This document shows positions 15,824 to 26,419 of a DNA stretch of 64,000 nucleotides, in pieces (the stretch's first letter is position 1; every line of letters begins with the position of its first letter). Under the pieces are notes generated by a model. That model saw only the letters and a list, made by a program, of their open reading frames with translations. It searched no databases and was not told the origin of the DNA. Source of the DNA: an uncultured virus (IMG/VR IMGVR_UViG_3300027741_000051) (lineage: Duplodnaviria; Heunggongvirae; Uroviricota; Caudoviricetes); IMG/VR virus record IMGVR_UViG_3300027741_000051, positions 1 through 64,000 of that record. One strand, given 5' to 3'. The translations under genes and the position numbers were made by a program.

Positions 15824-17827
15824 TTATGCAAATGAGTGAGTATTTTTTTTCAGTATAAGTTTTAGAGTATCATCATCTGTACGAACAGGAGCTGAAAAAA
15901 TGGTGCCAGAATTACCGCCACCAGAAGTTGCAACACTCTTACTTGCATCTATTATAGTAGGTTTAAATTTTGTACTATCACTAGCTAACATTAAATCTTC
16001 ATAAACTTTTTGAGCTCTTTGAAACATTTGAGCAAACATGTTGTCACTTGTTTCTAGTGAAGATTTTTTATCAGAATCCAACTTCATATTTTTTGCACCA
16101 TCTATTATTCTTTCTTTTGTTTCTTTTGTTTGCCTTTCCATTTCTTCTTTAGAAAAATTGCTACTTTTTATTATATCTTGTTTTGGAATTTTTATAATAC
16201 CGAGATTTCCGTTTTTATTTCTTGTCCACATTTCATCCGAATCAAGAAAATTGAAATTTCCAGGTGATTCTTTCATGTTAGAAATTGTTTCATCGGATAT
16301 TGTAGAATCTACTCTTATATTTTTTGCAATTTCTCTGTAAGGTTTACTAGCAGGTACAGCAGTTGCAGCTTCCGGTTTTGGTGCTGATTCTTCTACTTTT
16401 ACTGCTGATTTTACATCGGCCGCTTGCACTGCTGGTGCTGCTGGCGCTGGAGCAACTGCTGGCGCTGGAGCAACTGCTGGCGCTGGAGCAACTGCTGGCG
16501 CTGGAGCAGCTGCTGGTGCTGGAGCAGCTGCTGGTGCTGGAGCAGCTGCTGGTGCTGGAGCTGGAGTTAATGGTCGGCCGTCTAGTCCAACATTATCTGC
16601 AGGTATAATATTTTCACCAGCACCTTTTACATCAATAACTTGTGGTGCCGCCTGCGCTGGAGCAACATATTTTGCACTTTTTGGATTAGTGGCCGGAACA
16701 ACTAAATTTTCATCTGTACCACCTGAAAGAGTAACTAATTTTCCAGCTTTATTTGTAACTTCACCTTGAAATTTAGCTCTCTGATTACCTTGAGTTTTTG
16801 CTAACCAGTCCGTTACTTGTTGTAAATTTTGAACAGATAACTCTTGCTTTTTTACCACATCAGTAAAATCAGGATTGGTCATTATTGATTCGACTATATC
16901 TCTAGGTTTTTGTTTTCCTATTTTTTGTGCGTTTAATGCTCCAGCTTCACTGTTGTTGGAAGCTTCACCCCTTTGAATCATTGCATAAGGTTCATCTTTA
17001 AATTTAGGATTATAAGGATCAGCTCTCATAGCTTCTTGGCGTTGTTCAACATCTCTGGATATTACAACTGCAGCAGCAGCCCCACCTGCGACCAAGGCAA
17101 CACCCGGAAACGCCATAGCTAATGATGCAATACTTCGTAAGGTTGATAAATCTTTATTTAAAGCAATTGCTTTTATTATTGATTTCAAAACAGTCAGTAA
17201 TGGTTTAAGTTTTAAAAATACTGCGGCCAATATTTTTTTGACTATTTCAATCATCCTTTCAAGAAAACCTTTACCTTTTTTTTCAGCAGTTGCAGTTCCA
17301 CCACCTAAATTTTTTAGAGCATCAAGTAATTCTTTATGTCTTAATTCTCTCTCATCTTCCTGTTCTTCTTCAAAATCCGCAGCAATTTCTCTCTCTTTCT
17401 TTTCTTCTAAAATTTGTCTTTTTAACAAATTGAAAATACGAGCCATAATAGTGGAAAGACCTTCACCTTTTCTGATTGGTCTATTTTCACCGTCGGATAC
17501 TTTTGAAACTAGAGGATCATTCTTAACTGGTGTAAGAGCTGATGCGTCAGCTGATGATTTTTTGTTTTTTACACCTGCAAAGTAAGCCATATCTTTATCA
17601 CTTCTACCTGCAAGTTTACCATATGCATATGCACCTAATCTTCCTCCAACTGCACGGGAGATATTCATTGGATCAAATTTCTCTTTGAGGCCTGTTAGTT
17701 TAGCTTTAGTTTTATCTTTTATGGAACTGGAAATAGATTTACCAAAGCCCTCCCCATTTAAGGTTCTGTCTATGATTAAATCTTTGAGGCTCTGGCTTCT
17801 TATTTTTTTTGCTTTACTGTAGTCCAT
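15824..17827 (-). CDS. tape-measure/baseplate-hub-like protein A
   Basis: Helical, hydrophobic central segment, Pro/Ala linker; position after gp26/gp51. Confidence 0.6.
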   Translation of the reverse strand: MDYSKAKKIRSQSLKDLIIDRTLNGEGFGKSISSSIKDKTKAKLTGLKEKFDPMNISRAVGGRLGAYAYGKLAGRSDKDMAYFAGVKNKKSSADASALTPVKNDPLVSKVSDGENRPIRKGEGLSTIMARIFNLLKRQILEEKKEREIAADFEEEQEDERELRHKELLDALKNLGGGTATAEKKGKGFLERMIEIVKKILAAVFLKLKPLLTVLKSIIKAIALNKDLSTLRSIASLAMAFPGVALVAGGAAAAVVISRDVEQRQEAMRADPYNPKFKDEPYAMIQRGEASNNSEAGALNAQKIGKQKPRDIVESIMTNPDFTDVVKKQELSVQNLQQVTDWLAKTQGNQRAKFQGEVTNKAGKLVTLSGGTDENLVVPATNPKSAKYVAPAQAAPQVIDVKGAGENIIPADNVGLDGRPLTPAPAPAAAPAPAAAPAPAAAPAPAVAPAPAVAPAPAVAPAPAAPAVQAADVKSAVKVEESAPKPEAATAVPASKPYREIAKNIRVDSTISDETISNMKESPGNFNFLDSDEMWTRNKNGNLGIIKIPKQDIIKSSNFSKEEMERQTKETKERIIDGAKNMKLDSDKKSSLETSDNMFAQMFQRAQKVYEDLMLASDSTKFKPTIIDASKSVATSGGGNSGTIFSAPVRTDDDTLKLILKKNTHSFA
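16439..16566 (-). repeat. 18-bp coding tandem repeat (PAPAAA/PAPAVA, about 7 units)
   Basis: Visible tandem (GCTGGYGCTGGAGCARCT)n. Confidence 0.9.
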
Positions 17828-17842
17828 TTTTATTCTCTTTTG

Positions 17843-20323
17843 TTATGCTGCATAGGGAGAATATGCATTGTAATCAGGATCTGTTGGTATTGAAGTGGTT
17901 TCTTTTTTAGTTGAACCTATTATAGTTGTAGTGTTATTTACAAGAACGATAGGTTGCATCGTATTTCTTTTTTTCTGATCCATATTTAAGGAAGAAATTT
18001 GATTTAATCGTAAACCAGTCATAACATCATTTGAACTTAGAGTGCTAGAATTATCAGAATCATTTGATGCTAATAAGGTTGGTGTTATGTCTAAAGTGTT
18101 ATAACTAATCTTTTTTGGTGCTGATGCTGGTAATGCTGGTAATGCTGGTGTTACCAAAACTGGTTTTTTTTCCTCAGGCTTGAAATTTGGATTCTTTACC
18201 CAATGCACATCATCATCTACGGGAAGTGGTTGATACCATCCATTTTCTTTAAGAAATTTCCTCATATCCGGAGTTAACTTGGTACTTACATCAATAGCAG
18301 CACCCATAAAGTGTTCACTATAATCAGCGATAGGGCGACCTGCTGAAGTTTCCCAGCGGCCTTTTTTATCATTGTATCTACCTTTGTTGCGCTCGTCTTG
18401 TTGCTCCGCTTCAGTGCGAATATTACTGGTAAATGGAATTTCTTTTCCGGTTTTATCAAAATATTCTTTATATAATCCATATACTTCTTCTGTCATATTA
18501 ACAAAATGACCGTTTATATCTTTAGCAAACATATCTCCTGTATAATGTTGTCGCGTTTTAGGTTTTGCTTTTGGTTCTTTTTTTGCTGTAGGTTTTTTGG
18601 CTGCAGTTGTGGAAGCTTGATTTTCTATAATCATTTCACTCGAAGTATCTTTTGCAGGAACAGCTGCAGCAGCTTCAGCTGCAGCTTCAGCTGGTAATGG
18701 TGTAGCTGTAGCGTTAGCAACGGGCACAGGTTTTGCAGCAGCGGCCGTACCTACAACAGCTGCGGCCGTTGTTGGTGCAGTTGCAACATTAGATTTTGCC
18801 GATGCTGCAGCTGCAGGTTTTATTCGAATGTATCGGCCTTTCTCTCTTTCTATATCTGCTTGAGAAACCAATTTTTGATTTTTGGATTGCATATCAAATA
18901 CGGCCACCAAATCAGGCAATTTACTTGCATTATTTTTTTCTTTGGCCATGGCCGTTGCAGCTGCACCATTTTTTCCAATTGAATTAGGTCCCCAATCAAG
19001 GTCGCTTTTCTTTTGGCCAGTATTTGCGGAAAATGTGTATGTAGAGGGATCCGCGCCAGCTAGTACATATGACCATCGAGTGCCTTCAGAAGTACTAAAT
19101 CCAGGTCCCACAAATGTTTTGGACACCGAAGATTGGGTTGCTGATACTGCTGGTGCTTGTTCTGCTGGTGCTTGTTCTGCTGGTGCTTGTTCTGCTGGTG
19201 CTTGTTCCGCTGGTGCTTGTTCCGCTGGTGCTGGTTCCGCTGGTGCTGGTTCTGCTGGTGTTGTTGATTCTACATTTTTAGATAGACGATTGTGTTGGCC
19301 AATTATTTCTTCTGGCCCGGCCGCTGAAGGAGACGTTGACGCTGTTGATGTTTTATCACCTCCTAAAGGAACTGGAGGTGATTGTAAATCTTCTGAATAT
19401 TGTCTTTTTTTTGTAGATATTTGTGCAGCTGCAGCTGATGATGCTGGTGATGAACTTGTTTTCATTGATGCCACACCAACTGCACCAATGGCGCCAGCCG
19501 CAGCTGCACCTAAACCTAACATAGTTATCAATTCTCCGGCACCACTAGAAGCGACTTCTTCATCACTTTTACCAGTTTTCTCAGTTTTACCTCCACTACT
19601 GTGACCTAAAGCTTCCATTATCTCATCATGTCTTCTCTTTTCATTATCCACTTTACTCTCACGAAAATTGTTTTTTAACTCTTTGGTTAATTTCTTTTCT
19701 TCTATATCATTTCTTAAAATGGAGTAAATTTTAGCACCTACAGTACCTGCACCGTCACCTTTACGCAGTTTAGGTCTTTTAGAAGAACCAACTTTAGTAT
19801 ATAATTCTGTGTTGACTTTTGAATTTATTGTTTGTGATGTATTTGATTTGGGTCCTAAAAACATATTCTTCATTTTCTGAGGAATAAACTTTTTGGCTAT
19901 TTTCTTGAATCTATTACCCAATCCACCTGTTTTCGTTTCTTTATTATCTTCAGGTTCTTCTGCTGTGTCTTGTTCATCTCCTGAATCTTCAGGATCTTCT
20001 TCCTCTTGTTTCTGTTCTTCAGGTGGTTGTTCCGCCTTTCTTACATATCGACCAGTCTCAGGATCACGGGAACGACCTTGTTCAGCAAGAATTTTTTGAA
20101 TTAACGGAACCAATATATGTTCTTTATATCCAGGCTGTTTAGATAATTCTAATTGCCTTTTCTTTAACTCACTCTTAGATAATTTTTTACCAAGCTCGAC
20201 CAATTTGTCTATTTGTTTTTTAGACAAGTTTCCAACACTCAACAATTCGTTGATTTTATTTTCATTAAACATTTGCTCAAATTCACCGGACTTGAGCATA
20301 CTGTCGAAAACTTTTTGTTCCAT
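17843..20323 (-). CDS. tape-measure/hub-like protein B with peptidase M15-like muralytic domain
   Basis: TSNIRTEAEQ ... SEHFMGAAIDV ... DDVHW Zn-peptidase pattern; RDPETGRY motif. Confidence 0.7.
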   Translation of the reverse strand: MEQKVFDSMLKSGEFEQMFNENKINELLSVGNLSKKQIDKLVELGKKLSKSELKKRQLELSKQPGYKEHILVPLIQKILAEQGRSRDPETGRYVRKAEQPPEEQKQEEEDPEDSGDEQDTAEEPEDNKETKTGGLGNRFKKIAKKFIPQKMKNMFLGPKSNTSQTINSKVNTELYTKVGSSKRPKLRKGDGAGTVGAKIYSILRNDIEEKKLTKELKNNFRESKVDNEKRRHDEIMEALGHSSGGKTEKTGKSDEEVASSGAGELITMLGLGAAAAGAIGAVGVASMKTSSSPASSAAAAQISTKKRQYSEDLQSPPVPLGGDKTSTASTSPSAAGPEEIIGQHNRLSKNVESTTPAEPAPAEPAPAEQAPAEQAPAEQAPAEQAPAEQAPAVSATQSSVSKTFVGPGFSTSEGTRWSYVLAGADPSTYTFSANTGQKKSDLDWGPNSIGKNGAAATAMAKEKNNASKLPDLVAVFDMQSKNQKLVSQADIEREKGRYIRIKPAAAASAKSNVATAPTTAAAVVGTAAAAKPVPVANATATPLPAEAAAEAAAAVPAKDTSSEMIIENQASTTAAKKPTAKKEPKAKPKTRQHYTGDMFAKDINGHFVNMTEEVYGLYKEYFDKTGKEIPFTSNIRTEAEQQDERNKGRYNDKKGRWETSAGRPIADYSEHFMGAAIDVSTKLTPDMRKFLKENGWYQPLPVDDDVHWVKNPNFKPEEKKPVLVTPALPALPASAPKKISYNTLDITPTLLASNDSDNSSTLSSNDVMTGLRLNQISSLNMDQKKRNTMQPIVLVNNTTTIIGSTKKETTSIPTDPDYNAYSPYAA
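19148..19260 (-). repeat. 15-bp coding tandem repeat (PAEQA/PAEPA, about 7 units)
   Basis: Visible tandem (TGCTGGTGCTTGTTC)n with variants. Confidence 0.9.
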
Positions 20324-20325
20324 TT

Positions 20326-20514
20326 TTATCTCTTAGTTGCGTTTTGTTGTTTTATCTTTTCATTTTCTTCTTGAATATGTTGTGTAAGCAAACTAATATA
20401 AACATCTCTTTCCCAAGGTAACATGGTTTCTAATTCAGTCAGGCTATATTTGTGATGCTGCATCAATGCGAAATTAGTTGTATAGTAATTTCTCAAAGTA
20501 TCATGCCGCATCAC
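20326..20514 (-). CDS. 51: baseplate hub assembly catalyst gp51-like
   Basis: YYTTNFALMQHHKYSLTELETMLPWERDVY. Confidence 0.88.
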   Translation of the reverse strand: MMRHDTLRNYYTTNFALMQHHKYSLTELETMLPWERDVYISLLTQHIQEENEKIKQQNATKR

Positions 20515-21239
20515 TACCCGAAAAAATTTTCGAGGCCCTCCACCTCAATAGTATGATGAAAACCACACTTCTTACAATCCATTTCAATTCGCTTATTCAA
20601 TACAGGAAGATTATCAAAGAAATCTTCGATTCTGGAGAATTGTTCTTGATTCAAAGATTCAATAAATTCAATCAATTCTTCTTTACTTGTTTCATTTGCA
20701 TAATAGAATTGTTCACCATCAAAAATATGTTCAACACTATTCACAATCATTTCAAAAGCTATATCTGTAGAACTTTTTGAATCTTTCACAGAATCAAGTG
20801 CAGAAAACTTTGGATAACCCAATTTAATCATAATATTATCTGTAAGTTGAACCTCAGAATTGTTTTCTTGTGATTCAGTAATCTTAATGTCTAATAGGTT
20901 TATGTTAACTTCCATCAAGTTGCCACAAGATTTATCTTCTACTTTGTTCTCACAACGGTATTTGTTTTGTACAACTTCACCAACGGATCTGGCTCGCAGT
21001 TGAATAAAGTAGTATTCAATATCGATAATAGGTAGATTATCAATATCAATATTCTCTGTCAAGGTACAATTATGAAGAACTTGCTTGATGTTCTTTTCAA
21101 TTGTTTCTCTTTCATCTGCCTCCATAGCCATCATTAGATTTCTTTGTTCTTTCACTAAGAAAGGACGGAAGCGTACTAATTTCTTGCTGAGTGGTAAAGT
21201 CAATTCAAAGATTGGTGAATCTATTTTTGGTAAAGCCAT
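20514..21239 (-). CDS. 26: baseplate hub subunit gp26
   Basis: MALPKI, RPFLVKE, LRARSVGE, GLENFFG. Confidence 0.92.
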   Translation of the reverse strand: MALPKIDSPIFELTLPLSKKLVRFRPFLVKEQRNLMMAMEADERETIEKNIKQVLHNCTLTENIDIDNLPIIDIEYYFIQLRARSVGEVVQNKYRCENKVEDKSCGNLMEVNINLLDIKITESQENNSEVQLTDNIMIKLGYPKFSALDSVKDSKSSTDIAFEMIVNSVEHIFDGEQFYYANETSKEELIEFIESLNQEQFSRIEDFFDNLPVLNKRIEMDCKKCGFHHTIEVEGLENFFG

Positions 21240-21273
21240 AGTCTATTTCCTTTTCATTAAGTAATTATATAAG

Positions 21274-21849
21274 TTAAGCTATCCAACGAGTATAGGCAAA
21301 AGTTACATTTAATTTGTGATAACCATCACTTGACCAATCCAAATCTAGTTGATTGACAGAAATTGGAAAAGCATCGAGTAATGTACAAGCAAAAATCTCA
21401 TCACCTGAACTATTGTACTGATTGATTGTTATTTGCCCAACATAATCTTGTTTGTAAATAAAATCATATGTTTCTAATGGATTAATATAATTCATCCATG
21501 CATCGAAGAATCTTTTTTCTCGTAATCCTCTATTTTTTTCGCCGGATTCCGTAACAATAATAGTCATATCAATATCGTTATATGTTGTATGATATGCATG
21601 TTTTTCTGTTGGATTTGATCCAAATTTTTGTTCTGTCGTAGCAAATGTTCTTCCTGGTATATTTGTGGATTCACATTTAAAATTAAAATTTGTTGCAACA
21701 GATTTTAAATCTTTGAGACCTTTATTTTCCAAAAATCCAGGTCCTCCAGCTGCGCCAAGAAATTTTCCAGGCGGAGAAATAGTAACATCAAAAAGTTTAG
21801 GCCTTGCAATTTCTCCAATTTTAGCTGTAAACTGACTTATTGTACCCAT
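21274..21849 (-). CDS. 54: tail tube-like baseplate protein (gp54/gp19 family)
   Basis: CESTNIPGR, FFDAW, DAFPISV, VTFAYTRW; likely start MGTISQF at 21849. Confidence 0.75.
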   Translation of the reverse strand: MGTISQFTAKIGEIARPKLFDVTISPPGKFLGAAGGPGFLENKGLKDLKSVATNFNFKCESTNIPGRTFATTEQKFGSNPTEKHAYHTTYNDIDMTIIVTESGEKNRGLREKRFFDAWMNYINPLETYDFIYKQDYVGQITINQYNSSGDEIFACTLLDAFPISVNQLDLDWSSDGYHKLNVTFAYTRWIA

Positions 21850-21850
21850 T

Positions 21851-22474
21851 TTATTCTTCTTCCTGGTTAAAGTGTGCCATATGGTCTTTGTAATGTTGCA
21901 TAGAATCTTTCCATACTGTGGAAGTTCTAGCACCTTTAAATTGCTGTAGAGGTAACATTGATGCAACATCCCATTCATTTGGTTGAATCATTAGTAATTT
22001 TGACCTAAGGCGACCAAATAAGTATCTTTTCAACATTGGTCTGAACTCTGCGTATCTCTTGGCTGAGTTTAGGATCTCATAGGATATACGCATACGCTTA
22101 ATATCATCTTCTGCTGTCAACTGAGCAAACCTCATCAGTTTAGACAGAAATGCCATTCTGTATTTTATTGGTAGATAATGCAAGTTCAATCCTAGAAAAC
22201 CATCATTGTACCTTTCTAATACCAAAACTACTGGAAATTTATCCCAATACGGTAAATCATCTTTTGTTTTTGGATCATAAAAAAAACAATACATCATTCC
22301 TATCTTAAACTGATTAGCTTTTCTAAATGTCTCACCTCTAATGGCGGCAGATATTTTATCTGGTCTTTTGATTTCAACAATCTTTTCTTTTAACCAAGCA
22401 ATAGAATCCTTCGACATGGTTTTAAGGCCTGCCTGTTTCTTTTCTTCTGCTAATGTTGTTAATTTAGATTCCAT
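21851..22474 (-). CDS. 2: DNA end protector gp2
   Basis: YDPKTKDDLPYWDKFP, GFLGLNLHYLP. Confidence 0.92.
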   Translation of the reverse strand: MESKLTTLAEEKKQAGLKTMSKDSIAWLKEKIVEIKRPDKISAAIRGETFRKANQFKIGMMYCFFYDPKTKDDLPYWDKFPVVLVLERYNDGFLGLNLHYLPIKYRMAFLSKLMRFAQLTAEDDIKRMRISYEILNSAKRYAEFRPMLKRYLFGRLRSKLLMIQPNEWDVASMLPLQQFKGARTSTVWKDSMQHYKDHMAHFNQEEE

Positions 22475-22478
22475 GTAC

Positions 22479-22486
22479 TATTTAGT
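22479..22486 (-). promoter_or_regulatory. late promoter variant ACTAAATA
   Basis: Directly upstream of gp2 start on minus strand. Confidence 0.5.
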
Positions 22487-22920
22487 TAGAGACCTAAATG
22501 GTCTTCCGTTATCACCATGAACTCCCAACCTCGGTCCAATGCATATTCTGTTGCAGCTTTCCATTTAGCCTGATTGATACCCCATGTGGTAACTTCTTGG
22601 ATATATTGCTTTGTTACTTTTTTCTTTTTTTCAGGTTCTACAGATTGCTTTTTTGGTTTAACTTCAATGATGGTTGTCTTCAATTTATTATCTTTTGTCT
22701 TAGATTTAACTATAAAATCTGGGAAATATCTATGTTTTTTGCCATCCACGGGTGATATATAAGGGATTATAAGTTCTTCTGACGCCCATGAAACGATATT
22801 TGGGTTTGAATCTAGCCAATACATCACCTTACACTCCCAGGAAGAGCGATAAATAATATTAGTGTAATCACCCACATATTTCTGTGGATATTTGGGAATA
22901 AATTTGCCTGAGTATGCCAT
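22486..22920 (-). CDS. 4: head completion nuclease gp4
   Basis: YRSSWE, WASEE, HRYFPDF, IEVKP, NQAKW; start MAYSGKF. Confidence 0.93.
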   Translation of the reverse strand: MAYSGKFIPKYPQKYVGDYTNIIYRSSWECKVMYWLDSNPNIVSWASEELIIPYISPVDGKKHRYFPDFIVKSKTKDNKLKTTIIEVKPKKQSVEPEKKKKVTKQYIQEVTTWGINQAKWKAATEYALDRGWEFMVITEDHLGL

Positions 22921-22953
22921 AAATAGTATGTATAATCTTTTTAGGAAAAATAA

Positions 22954-24063
22954 ATGGCGGCTATTGAAGTATTGACCGTTGAACAAGCTACTGCTCTCAA
23001 GACAAATGGTCTATCAACAGGATCAATTGGTCCATTGGCTGTGTTGGATACAGACCCCAATGCTTTTGAAACTGTTCAATATCCACTTAAACTTAGAAGT
23101 GTCAATTATCCTCATTATGTTGCATTTACTGTCTACGACATTGTACCACAAAAATTAGATAAATTAGTAACAGAGGTTAAAACCGCCCTAAGTTCAGCTA
23201 ACAATGCGTCCACTAAATTGCAAGAAAACCCAAATTTAGAAATAAATACCACAGAAGAAGGACCTTTTTCTAGTCTTAAATCTTTTCTTAAATCTGCAAG
23301 TGAAGCAATGGATATACAATCCAACAGGACACAAGTTAAAGCATTTATTAATTTGTATATGCCAGATTCTTTAAAAGATAATTATAATCCAGATTATGGT
23401 TCAATTAGTATAAGAGATGACCTTGGTCCAATATTAGGTGGAATAAGGTCTGCAGCTTCGATAGCGGGTAATGCTGCAAGTTCTTCAGGAACTGTACTAG
23501 ACTCTATATCAAACGATCCCTCAACTATTAAATTTTCTGTTGATAAAATAGTAGGATTATTGGGTGGCAGTGGAGGAATAACTGAAGCCTTACTGCAAAC
23601 ACAAGGATACACATCGAATCCTCAACTACAGATGATTTACCGAGGTTCTCAGTTTAGAACTTTTTCTTTGGATTTTTTATTTACACCTGTGTCAGGTCCA
23701 GAAGCAGAAGTAGTTAGGAAAATTATATATTTGTTCAAATTTTTTGCGGCTCCTACAGTTGGTGTTGGTGTAGCTACAGCGAAAGAAGCTATGTTTTTAA
23801 CTCCACCCGCTCTTTTTCAAGTTAAATTTATGAAGAATGGTGTTGAAAATATAAATTTACCAAAATATACAGATTGTGTATTAGATGATATATCTGTCGA
23901 TTATGCACCTAATGGTTTTGCTGCACATAGTGGAGACGAATCGGGCCAAGGTGCTGGTGCGCCAGTTCAAACACATCTAACACTAACTTTCCAAGAAGTT
24001 GAGATTTTAGATAGGAAAAGACTGAGAGATGGATTTCAAGGTGGAGAGGCAGGATTAAGATAA
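22954..24063 (+). CDS. 48: baseplate tail tube cap gp48
   Basis: LYMP, NPQLQMIY...RTFSLDF.FTP, CVL..ISVDYAPNG, LTFQEVEI. Confidence 0.85.
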   Translation: MAAIEVLTVEQATALKTNGLSTGSIGPLAVLDTDPNAFETVQYPLKLRSVNYPHYVAFTVYDIVPQKLDKLVTEVKTALSSANNASTKLQENPNLEINTTEEGPFSSLKSFLKSASEAMDIQSNRTQVKAFINLYMPDSLKDNYNPDYGSISIRDDLGPILGGIRSAASIAGNAASSSGTVLDSISNDPSTIKFSVDKIVGLLGGSGGITEALLQTQGYTSNPQLQMIYRGSQFRTFSLDFLFTPVSGPEAEVVRKIIYLFKFFAAPTVGVGVATAKEAMFLTPPALFQVKFMKNGVENINLPKYTDCVLDDISVDYAPNGFAAHSGDESGQGAGAPVQTHLTLTFQEVEILDRKRLRDGFQGGEAGLR

Positions 24064-24722
24064 TGAAATATTTTGAAACTCTACCTAAAATATCAAGTAT
24101 CGATTACAGCGGAAATAAGATATTGTTGACCAATCTTATGGTCAGGTCTGAAATTGTACCTAGCTTGTTGAAGAATCCTTTGTTGTTCTATTCATATAAT
24201 GTGAAAGATAGTGATTCACCTGAAATAATTGCAAGTAAGTACTACGAAGATCCATATCGTTACTGGATTGTTCTGTTCGCTAATCAAATCATTGACCCAC
24301 AATGGGATTGGCCAATGAATTCTAATTTATTCACCACTTATATTAAAAATAAGTATACTCCAGATTGTGCAACATTTTATAACATTCCAGAAAGTTCAGT
24401 AACATCTGCTCAAATTTTATCTTATACTCAAGGCCAGATAAAATACTATGTTAAATCTGTTAAAACAATAGACAACAGTACAAACAAGGCAAACATATTA
24501 AATTATCATGTTAGTCTTGATGAATATCTGACTATACAAGAAGATACAATTGTAAGAACTTTTACAACTGGTGCTCAAGTAACACAAATAGTTAGTAAGT
24601 ATACAGAAACAATTTATGATTATGAATTGAATCTAAACGAATCTCGTAGGTCAATTTACTTGGTTAACGCAAAATATGTTTCTGAATTTGAAATGCAGTT
24701 TTATAATTTGATGAAAATGTGA
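24063..24722 (+). CDS. 53: baseplate wedge gp53
   Basis: MKYF..LP, PEIIASKYY..P...WIVL.AN.IIDP..DWP. Confidence 0.9.
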   Translation: MKYFETLPKISSIDYSGNKILLTNLMVRSEIVPSLLKNPLLFYSYNVKDSDSPEIIASKYYEDPYRYWIVLFANQIIDPQWDWPMNSNLFTTYIKNKYTPDCATFYNIPESSVTSAQILSYTQGQIKYYVKSVKTIDNSTNKANILNYHVSLDEYLTIQEDTIVRTFTTGAQVTQIVSKYTETIYDYELNLNESRRSIYLVNAKYVSEFEMQFYNLMKM

Positions 24723-24723
24723 C

Positions 24724-26079
24724 ATGGCAAACAATTTAAGATATCCAGGTAATTTTCAATTAATTAGTATAGTTGTTCATTCAGCCACTAGTGATATTGA
24801 TTTGTCTTTTAATTTTATAGAAATATCTTATAATGAGGATCTGTTTAATAACACGGCTTCCGGTTATGTAATGATTAAAGATTCCATAGACTTAGCAAAT
24901 AGTTTAAGTATGTCTGGTAATGAATTCATTCATTTACATTTTGGTCAAGCTGATGATACCACAAACATCATTAAAAAGAGTTTTCGCATTTTTACAATAA
25001 GTAAAAGAGAATCTTTGAATGAAGGAAATACAGAAACATATTCAATCTACTTTTGTTCTGAAGAATTGTTTCTTTCTGAACAATATAAAATAAGTAAGTC
25101 TTATAAAAATTCAGATATAACGACAAACATAAAAGATATATTAAAGACATATCTACAGGTGCCAGATAATAGAATGGGGCAAATAGATAATACATATGGT
25201 GTTTATGATTTCATAGTTCCATTTTTAAAACCTTTTGATGCTATCAATTGGTTGGCTACATATGCAAGACCAGGAGCTTTTGGATCTATTACTATGGTTG
25301 GTGCTGATATGTTATTTTATGAGAATAAATTTGGATATAATTTTAGGTCTTTACAAAATTTGTATGAACAAAGTCCAATGAGAGAATATAATTATTCTCC
25401 TAGGAATTTAAATGTTGTCGATATGCCATACAATTTATACAATGCACTTTCATATGAAATAATGGATTCTTTTGATACATTAGCTGGTGTAAATCAAGGT
25501 ATGTTTGCAAATCGTTTATTGTCGGTTGATCCTTTATTAAGAAGATATAAAGTAACAGATTTCAGTTACGCAGATTATAATAACAAAGTTGAAAAATTAA
25601 ACAATTGGCCAATAACTAACAATTACAAAAATCGCAACGGTGATACTTTATATCAAACACCAGAAGCATCTTTTAAAATGATTTTTGCAAATTCAAATCA
25701 AAACGATTATGCTGTCATAAAAAATAAACCAGGTTCAGTTGCGCGTGATATTTTTGCAGAGACCTACATACCGAATAGAACTGCACAAATACCTTTGGCA
25801 AATTATAATAGAATGAAAATTTCAGTTTGGGGTGATCCAGCATTGACTGTTGGATCTGTTATTAAATTTAATTTACTTTCAAAAGATCCAGTTAGACAAG
25901 CTAAAGGCTTAGATGATTTCTATTCAGGAAATTATTTGGTTACTGCGGTGAGACACATTTTGGATCAATTTAAATATAGAACTATTTTGGAAATATGTAA
26001 AGAGAGTGTTCCTAATCTATATGCTGATCCTAATAATGGTTCTGTTGGTTGGAGTAATGCGGTTAAAGGAGTTATATAA
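24724..26079 (+). CDS. baseplate hub protein (gp27-like)
   Basis: SYNEDLF, LFYEN..GYNFRSL, SGNYLVTAVRH; lies between gp53 and gp5. Confidence 0.75.
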   Translation: MANNLRYPGNFQLISIVVHSATSDIDLSFNFIEISYNEDLFNNTASGYVMIKDSIDLANSLSMSGNEFIHLHFGQADDTTNIIKKSFRIFTISKRESLNEGNTETYSIYFCSEELFLSEQYKISKSYKNSDITTNIKDILKTYLQVPDNRMGQIDNTYGVYDFIVPFLKPFDAINWLATYARPGAFGSITMVGADMLFYENKFGYNFRSLQNLYEQSPMREYNYSPRNLNVVDMPYNLYNALSYEIMDSFDTLAGVNQGMFANRLLSVDPLLRRYKVTDFSYADYNNKVEKLNNWPITNNYKNRNGDTLYQTPEASFKMIFANSNQNDYAVIKNKPGSVARDIFAETYIPNRTAQIPLANYNRMKISVWGDPALTVGSVIKFNLLSKDPVRQAKGLDDFYSGNYLVTAVRHILDQFKYRTILEICKESVPNLYADPNNGSVGWSNAVKGVI

Positions 26080-26408
26080 TGTCAAAGGCGACCACTAATT
26101 TTGCAGGTTTGAATGGATTTGTTTGGTGGATGGGTGTTGTTAAAAATAGAGCTGATCCATTGGGTTTAGGAAGATGTAAAGTTAGAATATTTGGATGGCA
26201 CACAGATAATGTTACTCTGATTCCTGATGCGGATTTACCTTGGGCTACACCAATGAACGCCATAAATACTTCAAAAACATTTGGTGCACCTGAACTCAAT
26301 GATTGGGTTGTTGGTTTCTTTTTGGATGGTGAAAGTGGCCAATTTCCTGTGATGATGGGTGTATTACCAGGAATAACACCAGAACAAAAAGCTGGTTATT
26401 CAACTTAA
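26079..26408 (+). CDS. 5: gp5 N-terminal OB-fold (stand-alone)
   Basis: WWMGVV..RADPLGLGRCKVRIFGWH...DLPWA...WVVGFFLDGE. Confidence 0.9.
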   Translation: MSKATTNFAGLNGFVWWMGVVKNRADPLGLGRCKVRIFGWHTDNVTLIPDADLPWATPMNAINTSKTFGAPELNDWVVGFFLDGESGQFPVMMGVLPGITPEQKAGYST

Positions 26409-26419
26409 AAGGATAAATT

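Noticed and set aside
16439..19260. Tandem repeats as CRISPR-like arrays
   Set aside because: Contiguous in-frame coding repeats with no unique spacers.
16038..20099. Plus-strand ORFs opposite the tape-measure-like genes (e.g. 16363-16608, 18882-19604)
   Set aside because: Antisense shadows of low-complexity repeats.
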